Source: Andalucia godoyi And28 (Eukaryota; Protista; Jakobida). From it: a stretch of 64,000 nucleotides of DNA. Below, piece by piece: positions 19,230 to 29,500 of this stretch. Below the pieces are notes generated by a model. The model had not been told where the DNA came from. It made no database searches and worked only from the letters and a program-made list of their open reading frames with translations. Position numbers and translations under genes: made by a program. The stretch spans positions 9,494 to 73,493 of the forward strand of contig VRVR01000008.1 of the NCBI GenBank assembly GCA_009859145.1, given 5' to 3'. Numbering within the stretch: position 1 is the first letter of the stretch; every line of letters begins with the position of its first letter.

Positions 19230-19894
19230 GAAGAGAGAAGGAGAGGGGGAAAAAACCAAAAGAAGAAGAGAAAGAAGGAAAATAGTAAACGGTAAAAAAG
19301 AAGAAGAGAAACAAAAGGAAACGCGAATAATGGGTGATGATAAGCAAGTCAAGGAAAATGTTTCCTTTGGGGAGAGATGAAAGACGAGCCATGGAGACAC
19401 AAACAAGCATCGAAAAAAAGGCCGCTACGTGAGCATGCGCGCCAAAAGATGCATACGGGAAAAAAAAAACACAAACGGGTGTCTTTGCCGGTCGAGGTTC
19501 GACGGAGGGAAAGACTTGAAGATCGACTAGTGTGGACGCACGGGTTCCAAGTGTCTCCAGCGAGAAGCCTAGGGTAGCAAGCAGGAAAAAAGGATGCTGC
19601 ATGTGGGGTGGCCTACAGCAGTTTCCGATTGTTGACAACGCCGGAAGCGGACTTTTCATCTGTCATTTATGGAAATTTCGGATGCTGATGAGGCATCGGC
19701 CGTTCCCCGAAAAAGATTCGTGCGCCATCCGTATAAACGCTTCTTTGCATGTGTTGCCGAACAGCTGAAGAATCTCACGTTTTCAAATTAATTTGTTATT
19801 ATTTTTTTTAAACCACGAGCCAACGCATGCGCTTCCCTGCATAGTATAACACCGTGCCATATACGTGGACAGACGTTACTAGATTGTAGAGACG

Positions 19895-22800
19895 ATGAGC
19901 GGCGAAGCAGCAGACGAGTTTGACCAGTTTGTACATGCACAGTCCTGTTTGAAAGACACTTCATTCCTGCAGGATCTGGCTGCAGAATGGTCCTACCGAT
20001 TGCGCCAAGGTCTTATCGAGACTCGAAAGGGATGCACGATCCAGTTCATGGATCCCCAGTGGAGCAAGGCCAATGCGGGTGCGAGTGCAGCGGCAGTACC
20101 AGGGAAATCTGCAATCAAGTCGCTTTCACAGCTCGAGAAGAATCGATCTGCGCATCTCATGTCTGCACAGTACAAGGACGCGTTGCAACGAATGACGCAC
20201 GGCCAGTCGGGACAAAAGGTCGTGTTGCTTGTGACGGGAGAAAAATCCACGGGGAAAACTGCGGTGCGGAAATTCTTGATTACGTCGCTGCTGAACGACC
20301 TTGGACTGGATTATGTGAAGGAGGCAGTCCATCGCGTCGATGTGCTGGTCGATGCGCTTACACATGCGAGCACTCCCAGAAACGACGAAGAGTCTTTCGC
20401 GACGTACGGGTTTGAGCTGACTGTGACGAAGGCTGGTGCGCCGGTGTCGGCGCAAGTGAACATGCTTCTGAAAAACAGAACATATCTCACTGAGTGCATG
20501 AATCGACCTTCGAGCGTCGCAGTCGGTCAGAGCAAAGAAAAGGTGTTTCGAAATTTTCACGTGTTTTATTGCATGTGCAATGGGATTGGGGATCAAGAGA
20601 TCCGGGAGCAGTTGCGGCTCAAAGAATGGAAGATGTACAGACTGCTGAGGAGCACCACCGCAGCAAACGAACAACAGAGCATGTCAGAACAGGATGTGTT
20701 TGAATACCGATCCAAGTGGAACGACCTCGTGGAAACTTGCGAGTTCATTGGGCTCGAGGGCAAACAGTTCATCGACATTTTGAAAATTCTCTCTGCAATC
20801 CTGCTTCTTGGAAACATGGAATTCCACGTCAAAGGGCCGGGATCCCCAACGTACATTCCTGACAAGGAAAATCTGGAATTCATTTGTCAGCTGCTCGGTC
20901 TAGGGGAGTCGAAAATGCTTGAAATGCTGTTGTGCACTAAGCGCGTCTCACCCGACGGAAAATCTGTTCGAACCAAACGAGCAACAATCCGACAAGCCTC
21001 GCAGAGACGAGATGTGCTCATCCAGAACTTGTACTCCGGGCTGACTACGTACTTTGAAACGATTGCCAACGACTGCCTGGCCCGTGTCATCAGCAGGAAG
21101 ACAACGGACCATGGAGCAAAGCTGGCAGACGGCGAAGCAGCGGCGGTAGCAGCGACAGCGACCACCACCACAAACAACACACTCTCAGTTCTGGATATCC
21201 GAGCACTCAATGCGCTGGAAAACAATAACGGAGATATGGAAGAGCAGATGGAGTGTTGCGTACGGGAACGCATAGAAGAGATTTTCTCCCGCGATATGCG
21301 CCTGGTCCCAGAGAAGTACGAATCGGTGTTGCCGCGCATCATGAAGAACATTTGCGCGGGAACGAAAAGTCCCGAGTCAACAGTATATGACTTGCTGGAC
21401 GATTTCGTTCGACAGGAAATCATGCTGAATGACATTCGAGATGAAAAGGTGCTTGCAGGGCTTATTAATCAGAAATCGGCTGTCGGCTGCTCTATGATGA
21501 ATGCCGATACGGGAAAGGGTTTGTTCACATTCTTCCCGTCGATTCAGTACGCAGCCCGATTCTCGCTGGTCACTCTCGTGAACGAGAATTTGGGTCTGCT
21601 TTCCGAAGACTTTACGCTTATGTTGCGGAAGGCCACAAATCCCATTTGCCGCTCGACGTTCTCCAACTTTCCCAATCTGACGTCCGAGGAACGAAGGGGT
21701 AAAAAACTCCCGGCCACGGTGTCCTCGCTGTTCGTCCAGGAACTTCGAGGCTTGCTGAAGTACATCGACAATGCGGAACGGCTGTATCTCCGCTGTCTTC
21801 GCTTGGCAACGCCACTTCCGGACGGCAGCGCGAAAGTCGATGTGTCTGCCATCGTTCGGCAGATGAATGCGTGCGGAATGCAGTTGTGGGAAAAAGAAAC
21901 ATCGGCTGCGCAAGTCGGAGTGTCGGATGTACAGGAGCGCATCCCCGAGGAAGTCAAAGCAGCGAATCCAGACAAGGACGGAGAAGACCTGGTGGATACG
22001 TTCCTTGAAGGAATTGGGCTGACGCACGGGGACTATGATATTGCGAAAGGGAGCTTAAACATGAACAATCGTGCAGTGCAGACATACAGAACGTGGAAGG
22101 ACGGGGAGGACATCAAGTCAGGGGTTCTTGATCTGCAGGACCTCCTTGTGGACGGCAAGGAATCGGGTGTGACGAAATTCAAAGACGAGGCTGCAGATGA
22201 CAAATTGTTTGAAAGACGCCATTCTACACTCAGTGGCGCCCCGGTCGAGAAAATCGAAGTGGATTCTGCGCCGTCACCTGCGTATGCAGTCGTTTCACCG
22301 GCAGAGGCCATTTCTGTGGAGCTTGCCGAAGAAGCTGACACTCTTACTACAGCCATAATGGCAGCAGCACCAAAGGAAGAGGGAGAGGTGGTGGTGCTGC
22401 CGGTCGTCCTCCAACCTCGGTACATCCAACCGGAATCTGCTGGAAACCCTGTTTTGAAAACGTCCTCCACGGACACGGCAACATTGACCATCACGGAGAC
22501 ACCTAGGAAGGCATCCCCGAGGCGCATTCTTGGAAAAGACGCGGAAACACAGTCCGAAGTGATGTCTCCAATCGCCTCGCCTCCACTGCTGCAGCTGTCT
22601 CCGGTACAGCCACCACCAAATTATCTGCCCACTTCGGTACAATCGCTGGAGCGGAGCTCGTTCAGCAAGGACGACGACGACCGGACCGACGTTGCAGAGT
22701 GCATTCTTTCAGTGGCGTTGGATGGAGTGCAGAAAGCAATTCGAATGTGCGAGTTTTCACTGGCGTCGGATCTGGATGCAGCAGTCAGGGATGCACAACG

Positions 22801-24313
22801 ACGCCGCCACGGCGAACCTGGATGGGCGACACGGACGATCGAGAGTCTGGAACCTTTGGTGCAGCGGTTGCAGTCGCTGCAAGACCAGCCGAAAAGGACA
22901 GACATGATCTCTAATCGATCAGAAGGACTGCACATCGCCGATTTGACGCGCGACATCCAGTCTACCGAGGGCATGACCATTCCGTCCGGTGGCTCGTACG
23001 GCCAGCAGCAGAGGTTGCACCAGCTTGCGGACCAGTTGTCGAACAGAGAGGGAGTGCAGATGGCACAGCAGATGGTACTGATGGAATTCCTCAGACTTGC
23101 AAAAGCACGGTTGGAGCATGAATTGCGCGTTCCTGTCTATTACCAGACTCCCTTCTTGACGATGCGCATTGTCCGTGTCCTCGCATTGTTGTCCAAATTC
23201 TGCGACACTGCAGTTCAGTACTCCATTGAAAAATTCGGCCTGTACGAAACGCTTGTCAGCTTCCTCTCGTTTCGATCCTGCAACAAGGATGTTCTCCTCA
23301 TGGTGTCTTTGTTCTTCAAGACAGCCACAGAGATTGTCGGGAATCACAGCTGGTTCAGGAAGGGTCACGGAACGCGCCTGCTGCTGAAATCACTGCACAA
23401 ATGCATCGACGTTCTCAAAACAGACAGTCTGCTCGCGACGGAGGACTACTTGGCTGTGTTTTGCATCCTTCGAGCATTGCACAACCTGTGCAAAGCAGAT
23501 TCCATACAAAACGTGTTGTCGTTGTCGATTGTGAACCAAAAAGAAGAGGCTGTTTACTTACCGTCGCTGATCAAGGACTGTCTCAGTCTTCCCACCGAGG
23601 ACAAGTTTCTGATCACAGCACTGCGAATCCTTCACTACGTGATTCCTGTGTACCTCAAGGACACTCAGTTCAGCACGTGCGGCATTGCTCAATCCGTCAC
23701 AAGACTCTTGGCCTTTGACAACGCAGACGTGGTCTACTTGTCATTTGACTGCATCTGCGGCATGGTGGAGAGCGGACGAATTTACGAAGAGCAGGTGGAA
23801 GGAGCCGTGGACCTTGGCCTTCGCCAAGTGTTGCTCGGAGATTCCGGCTGCATGTTTGCGAGAGCAGTGGTGGGTGTGGCTCGGTTGATCTCCAGAAGCA
23901 AGCTTGCAAAGCAGCGGCTCACGTTGCTGGTCCAGTCCAGTGTCGTTCAGCTTTTCGAAGCATTTGCTCAGGAAGAGAACGAAGTGAATTTGAAAAGGGT
24001 TTATGCTTGGAAGAAGGACATTTGCGGAGTTCATCGATCCAAGGTCCTGACGGAGCTGATGGCCCGAATTGGAATGGAGCTTGCAACCCTGTCTTTGCCA
24101 ACAACTATTCCGTCAAAATCCAACAAGTTGCAGGAAGTCGAGGATCTGTCAGCATCCTTGTCTTCACGACGAGCTCACCAACCCATGCTTCCTTCATTGC
24201 AACTGCCGTTTGCGGATGACGAATTAAGCCTCAGCGGTTCTTTCCAAGCACGGCCAAAGTCTGCTGGCGGCAAGTCGAACCGAAGCATGCAGTCCGCTGC
24301 TCAAGTCCAGTGA
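19895..24313 (+). CDS. Divergent myosin motor-like protein with C-terminal ARM/HEAT-like helical region
   Basis: P-loop TGEKSTGKT, RNFHVFY, FIDILKILSAILLLGNMEF, LSVLDI, TVSSLFVQEL...YLRCL and IVRQMNACGM occur in myosin order. Switch I and II are degenerate. The tail is Leu-rich helical repeats. Confidence 0.8.
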   Translation: MSGEAADEFDQFVHAQSCLKDTSFLQDLAAEWSYRLRQGLIETRKGCTIQFMDPQWSKANAGASAAAVPGKSAIKSLSQLEKNRSAHLMSAQYKDALQRMTHGQSGQKVVLLVTGEKSTGKTAVRKFLITSLLNDLGLDYVKEAVHRVDVLVDALTHASTPRNDEESFATYGFELTVTKAGAPVSAQVNMLLKNRTYLTECMNRPSSVAVGQSKEKVFRNFHVFYCMCNGIGDQEIREQLRLKEWKMYRLLRSTTAANEQQSMSEQDVFEYRSKWNDLVETCEFIGLEGKQFIDILKILSAILLLGNMEFHVKGPGSPTYIPDKENLEFICQLLGLGESKMLEMLLCTKRVSPDGKSVRTKRATIRQASQRRDVLIQNLYSGLTTYFETIANDCLARVISRKTTDHGAKLADGEAAAVAATATTTTNNTLSVLDIRALNALENNNGDMEEQMECCVRERIEEIFSRDMRLVPEKYESVLPRIMKNICAGTKSPESTVYDLLDDFVRQEIMLNDIRDEKVLAGLINQKSAVGCSMMNADTGKGLFTFFPSIQYAARFSLVTLVNENLGLLSEDFTLMLRKATNPICRSTFSNFPNLTSEERRGKKLPATVSSLFVQELRGLLKYIDNAERLYLRCLRLATPLPDGSAKVDVSAIVRQMNACGMQLWEKETSAAQVGVSDVQERIPEEVKAANPDKDGEDLVDTFLEGIGLTHGDYDIAKGSLNMNNRAVQTYRTWKDGEDIKSGVLDLQDLLVDGKESGVTKFKDEAADDKLFERRHSTLSGAPVEKIEVDSAPSPAYAVVSPAEAISVELAEEADTLTTAIMAAAPKEEGEVVVLPVVLQPRYIQPESAGNPVLKTSSTDTATLTITETPRKASPRRILGKDAETQSEVMSPIASPPLLQLSPVQPPPNYLPTSVQSLERSSFSKDDDDRTDVAECILSVALDGVQKAIRMCEFSLASDLDAAVRDAQRRRHGEPGWATRTIESLEPLVQRLQSLQDQPKRTDMISNRSEGLHIADLTRDIQSTEGMTIPSGGSYGQQQRLHQLADQLSNREGVQMAQQMVLMEFLRLAKARLEHELRVPVYYQTPFLTMRIVRVLALLSKFCDTAVQYSIEKFGLYETLVSFLSFRSCNKDVLLMVSLFFKTATEIVGNHSWFRKGHGTRLLLKSLHKCIDVLKTDSLLATEDYLAVFCILRALHNLCKADSIQNVLSLSIVNQKEEAVYLPSLIKDCLSLPTEDKFLITALRILHYVIPVYLKDTQFSTCGIAQSVTRLLAFDNADVVYLSFDCICGMVESGRIYEEQVEGAVDLGLRQVLLGDSGCMFARAVVGVARLISRSKLAKQRLTLLVQSSVVQLFEAFAQEENEVNLKRVYAWKKDICGVHRSKVLTELMARIGMELATLSLPTTIPSKSNKLQEVEDLSASLSSRRAHQPMLPSLQLPFADDELSLSGSFQARPKSAGGKSNRSMQSAAQVQ

Positions 24314-24319
24314 AATCAA

Positions 24320-24327
<8 letters not shown>

Positions 24328-24380
<53 letters not shown>
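24328..24380. repeat. (AAT)n microsatellite
   Basis: Uninterrupted AAT run just after the myosin-like stop codon. Confidence 0.95.
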
Positions 24381-24661
24381 GGACGAAAGAGAAAAGAAAA
24401 GAGCACAAGAGGAAGAAGAAGAAGAAGGACAGAGCGAAAGCAGGGAGAATGTATGTCATCTGTACAAATACAACCAAAAGCAAAAACAACAACAACAACA
24501 ATGGGCATATCGCAGGCAAATGTGTACCGCCATAAAAAAGAAACAGAAACTTAGTCCCATCAAAAGTAGTTAATAAAAACAAAAGCAAAAACAACAACCA
24601 AAAATCGAGTCGGTTTGATGCACAACAGCAGCGCCCCAACACCAAAGCGGGAAGACACTAA

Positions 24662-25711
24662 TCAAACTTTGAGTTCTGCCGTCCAAATCTTGAGATTGTT
24701 GTCCCAGGAGGAAGTTGCAAGAGCAAAGCCGTCCGGAGAGACAGAAACCCCCGTTACTCGATCGTCATGCACAGGGTTTGCATACACTAGCTCACCGCGA
24801 AGAGTGTCCCACGCGTACAAGTTGAAGTCATCGCAACCTCCAAACAACAATCTTCCAGAATACGAGAAGCAAACAGACGCAAAAGAGCTTGGGGCGTCCT
24901 TTCCAGTACGATATGTCGCAAGATCCCTGTCCGCACGAATGTCAAACAATTTGCATGTTCCATCTTCCGATCCGGTAGCGAAGCCCATACCCGATGGCAA
25001 ATACGACACGGAATTCACATCACCGCCATGGCCGGTAAACGTCTGCACGCACTTGGAGGACCGAGTGTCCCAGAGTTTTGCAGTCTGGTCCACGGAACCC
25101 GAAATGAAGTACTTCTTGTCCGGCGAGATCGAAATGGACGTAACGTCACCGGCATGATCAATGTACTTGTTCGAGATCTTTCCGGTCTCGACATCCCACA
25201 AAATGCACGTCATGTCTCCAGAACCAGTGATAATGTGGCGATCCGTGAGAAACTTCATGCAAGAAACATATCCCGTGTGCGCTTGCAGTTCTTTAATAGG
25301 CCTCTGAATGTCCTCGGTGCGCTTCAGAGAGAAGATCGAGCAGATGTTGTCCAGTCCACCCGACGCAACCAATGAAAGATTATCGGCATACGCACACGAC
25401 ATGACCCAGTTGCATCGAAGCGGAATGCAGTACATCTTAAACTTCGTCATTGCATCCCACACGACCAAAAACCCATCGTGCGAGGCAGAAAGCATGTGTC
25501 GGGAGTCGCACCCCCATGCAAACGAATTCACTTTTGCAGAATGTCCTTCAAGCTTCCTTCTTTGTGTAAATGTCAGCTTGATAGGCTCAAGCGAATTCGC
25601 TTTTGTCGCCAAATCCGCATCATTTGTCTGCAGCTTGATCTGTTTGATCTGCTCTTTGAGTTGCCGAGCTTGGACATGTGCCTGTGCAAGCTTTTCACCA
25701 ACAGTCGACAT
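24662..25711 (-). CDS. GNB: Heterotrimeric G protein beta subunit
   Basis: N-terminal coiled coil, RRKLEGHSAKV, IPLRCNWVMSCAY, SGGLDNICSIF, ITGSGDMTCILWD, ATGSEDGTCKLFDIRAD, ATSSWDNNLKIW. ATG at 25711. Confidence 0.96.
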   Translation of the reverse strand: MSTVGEKLAQAHVQARQLKEQIKQIKLQTNDADLATKANSLEPIKLTFTQRRKLEGHSAKVNSFAWGCDSRHMLSASHDGFLVVWDAMTKFKMYCIPLRCNWVMSCAYADNLSLVASGGLDNICSIFSLKRTEDIQRPIKELQAHTGYVSCMKFLTDRHIITGSGDMTCILWDVETGKISNKYIDHAGDVTSISISPDKKYFISGSVDQTAKLWDTRSSKCVQTFTGHGGDVNSVSYLPSGMGFATGSEDGTCKLFDIRADRDLATYRTGKDAPSSFASVCFSYSGRLLFGGCDDFNLYAWDTLRGELVYANPVHDDRVTGVSVSPDGFALATSSWDNNLKIWTAELKV

Positions 25712-25712
25712 C

Positions 25713-25752
25713 CTCACAATCTCACAATCTCACAATCTCACAATCTCAAATT
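25713..25752. repeat. CTCACAAT tandem repeat (4 perfect + 1 imperfect) abutting the G-beta start codon
   Basis: Read directly from the sequence. Confidence 0.9.
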
Positions 25753-25911
25753 CTAGATTCCAAATCCAACCTATTAAGAAAAAAGAAGGGAAAAAGGTAG
25801 GAGGAAAACACGAAGAAACAGACTGGAATGCAGAAGGGAGTACTTGGGAAGAAAGAAGAGAGAGGAGGTTGGGCTTTCGTTTTCGTTGTGGCTCAGTGGA
25901 AAGGCTTTTGA

Positions 25912-25961
25912 GGAAATCAGGAATCAGGAATCAGGAATGAGGAATCAGGAAACAGGAATTA
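25912..25961. repeat. GGAATCA-type heptamer minisatellite (about 7 units)
   Basis: ggaaatca ggaatca ggaatca ggaatga ggaatca ggaaaca ggaatta. Confidence 0.85.
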
Positions 25962-26391
25962 AGGACGAGGGTTGTCGGAGAGTCAGTCGGAATTTCTGGT
26001 GGACTTGCATTCGTACAAAAGGTCGGTACACATGCAGCATGAATAGGACGGACACCAAAAAGAAAGCATGAAGGAGCGCCATCAATTGAGTCCTGCAGAC
26101 GTGATGTATTGATGGTGCATGATGGGGACGGCGCATCCGACGAAACCCTTTTTCGAAACCGCCTACAGATGGTGATTGATTTTTTTTTATTTTGTGTTTT
26201 TATATTCTGTTTGCGTTTTGGCTTTCATTTTTGCATTCCTTTTCACACCATGATTCCACATTCTTCTTGATTTTTTCTCTTTCCAGGTCATTCTGGATGT
26301 TGCATCAATGGATAGGAAGAGTTCAGTTCGTCATGGTGCTTCTTACCGAGTTGCCGCACTCACAAGCAACACCGACCAGCATGTTTCCCTA

Positions 26392-26394
<3 letters not shown>

Positions 26395-26482
<88 letters not shown>
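26395..26482. repeat. (CT)n microsatellite, about 44 units
   Basis: Read directly; upstream of the channel gene. Confidence 0.95.
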
Positions 26483-26486
<4 letters not shown>

Positions 26487-26597
26487 CCTTCCTTCCTTCC
26501 TCCCGCTTTCTGGTAATCAAGGGAAAAATGAAGGAAACGCAGTATTAATCATTACGTTTGCATTGATGATCGTAGAGCTCCATTGACGGCTGCGGAC

Positions 26598-29500
26598 ATG
26601 TTTAGACAATGGATGGTTCAAAAACAAGAAGAAACCGTATGTTTTGGCCCATCTTATTTCTGTGGTGATCCTCGTTTGTCCCCGCCTGTTCTATTCATCA
26701 GGGCGTCTTATTAATGTATTGATTTGTTTTTATGTGATGTTTGCTGTTTGCTGGGTTCCCTGAATGCAAACAATAGAAGGTGGCACAGCGACAAGAGGTC
26801 ACGGCAGAAGCAGCAGCACTGACGCACTCCGCAAGCATGCATTCAAAGCAAAAGGACCCCAACGCGAGTGCCCATGAACCCGATCAAGGGTGGCGGCAAG
26901 TTCCGCAGTATGCAGAGTGGTCGTTTTTTATTTTCGACATTAAGAATCCGATTCGGAGAACGCTGCTGCAGATGGTGACGCATGGGCTGTTTGAGGTGTT
27001 TATACTGCTGTGTGTTGCTGTGAATTGTGTGTTCCTGGCACTGTACGATCCATTGGAGGACCCGGATTCAGGGATCAACGGGCTTGTGAACTCGGTGGAT
27101 TTTGCATTTCTTATTGTGTTCACGATCGAGGCCGTGCTTCGAATGCTTGCATATGGTGTATGGGGCGCGCGAAATGCCTATCTCCACGATCCATACAATT
27201 GCTTGGACTTGTTTCTCGTTGGGATCGGCTGGATCGCTCAAGTTTTCGGTTCTCAGTATGGAGGCATTCGTGTACTGCGAGTGTTTCGGCCTCTGCGGAT
27301 CATTCGAACGTTAGCCGGTTTGCGGATTCTGGTCGGAAGCTTGGTTGCGTCGTTTCCAATGCTCGTGGATGTCGCATTTCTATGCTTTTTCTTTTTGTTG
27401 ATTTATGGAATCGTTGGCCTGCAGTCATTTTCTGGACGGTTCCACTATCAGTGTCTTACGCCGTCTGGCAATTCAACGGTTCCGATTGACGAGGATCTGT
27501 GTTCGTCGGATCCCTCGGAGGGGGGCCGAGAGTGCCCGTCGGGATCGAGCTGCTTGAGTGTTGGCCAAAACCCAAACTATGGAATCACCAATTTTGACAA
27601 CTTTGGGTGGGCAGTTCTTACCGTGTTCCAGTGTGTTTCGATGGAAGGGTGGACGGATATCATGTACATGACCATGGATGCGGTATCGGCATGGACTTGG
27701 ATATATTACGTGAGTCTGATTCTCCTTGCTTCCTTCTTCAGCGTGCAGCTCGCGCTCGCAGTCATCAGCGATACATTCTCTCGGTCAAAAGAGGAACAGG
27801 AAGCGCAGGAGAACTCGTTGAGGACAAAGGAAATTGTGGAGGCGCAAACAAACATGTGCAAGTCTTTTCTGGCTGCGGGAGGCGCTTCTTTGATGGCCGA
27901 GGAAGCGACTAATAAGATGGCAAAGACTCGGGGATTCAACATGACGAAGAAAGCTTCAGCAAAGCGTGCATCCGTGTCTGCTGGCGATGCTCCGGATGAA
28001 GAAAATGGAAATGGCATGGATGGAGACAATGGGCTGGTAACGCAAGGAAATCGTGGCGCTCTCTTGTCTCGCTTGAAGAAAGGCGGATCCATTTCTGAAC
28101 ATGAACTGCACGAGCCACCCGAGAATCCTATCCGGTTTCAGCTGTTTCGCCTTGTCACTTGGAAGTATTTTGAAGCCTTCATGGTGTTTGTTATCGTGCT
28201 GAACACAGCAATTCTCGCCACCGAGCACGCGGGCCAGTCGTCGGAAGAGCAAGATTTCCAGGATACTGCAAACGTTGTTTTGACGGTTGTGTTCGTGATT
28301 GAGATGATTCTGAAAATTGTTGGCCTGGGACCTTTTCTGTACTGGAACGACAAGATGAATCGTTTTGATGGCTTGGTGACAATTATTTCCGTTACCGAAC
28401 TATTTCTCACGTCCACCGGCGCCTTGACGGCGCTTCGAGCATTTCGGCTCGTCCGTCTTTTCAAGCTTGCTCGTGCTTGGCCGTCCTTGCAGAAACTCTT
28501 GATGCAGATTTACAGATCGATGTCATCCGTGCTGTACTTCACCATCACTTTCTTTCTGTTCATTTTCATCTATGTCATATTGGGGATGCAGTTGTACGGC
28601 GGAAAACTGCTCCCAACGGACGACGGCTCCATTCCTCGTGCGAACTTCAATACGTTTCTGTACGGGTTCACGACTGTCTTCCAAGTCCTGACCGGCGAGA
28701 ACTGGAACGACGTGATGTACGAAACGATTCGATCGACGAACTGGGGAAGCGCATTCTTTTACGTTTCGCTGATTATTTTCGGAGTGTACGTCCTCCTGAG
28801 TTTGTTCGTGGCCATCTTGATTGATAACTTCAAGGATGAGGCAGTGGACGAGGAAGATTTGGAAATTGATGACAAGCCCGAGGACAAGGACGCTGCAGAG
28901 CAGGAATTTTTTGAATATGTGAAAGTATCCACAGAATCTTCTGCTGCCAACGATCGCAAGATCAGTCCACGGAGTATGAGAAAAGGAGACAAGAAGCGGC
29001 ACCGGCTGGTCCAGAAAATTCGGAGTAAATGGTTGCCAAACGACCCCAGTTCTGGGTCGAAGCTCTCAGAAAGTGAGTCGATTTCTCCACTGAAGCAGTC
29101 CACGACGGGAACTCCGTCCATGGATTCATCGGGAGTCCGAAGACGGTCTGGGTCACGAGTAGGGAGTGGATCCACGCTGTCCTTTGCTGCTTCCGAGTCG
29201 GCATTCAGGTCGAAAGTGAGCACCGTCCGCATTTCCGAATCGGAGCCAATTTCTTCGTCAAGCGAGACGCCAAAATCCGGTTCGCCGAACTCGGGGGAGG
29301 CTCGGCGAGGAATCCTCCGCAACCGTCCTCGCGGATCATCAATTCTTTCTACAAGCTCCCAAATGGACAATTCTGGAATGGGAAGCTCTCGTTCGCTCGC
29401 TGGTTCGAATCCGTCTCCGAGCTCTGCGGGGTCTGCGAATTTTGTTTCTTCCTCGGGATCGTCCAACTCTCTGTCGTCGTCAAGCAATGCTCTTCCAACC

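Noticed and set aside
19496-19510. tRNA B-box-like GGTTCGA
   Set aside because: No cloverleaf, A-box or acceptor stem.
19679-19731. Hammerhead-ribozyme-like core: CGGATG-CTGATGA...GAAA...CATCCG with a 6-bp stem I
   Set aside because: Stem II has only 2 bp, stem III cannot form, and the U of the NUH cleavage triplet is absent (GC precedes CATCCG).
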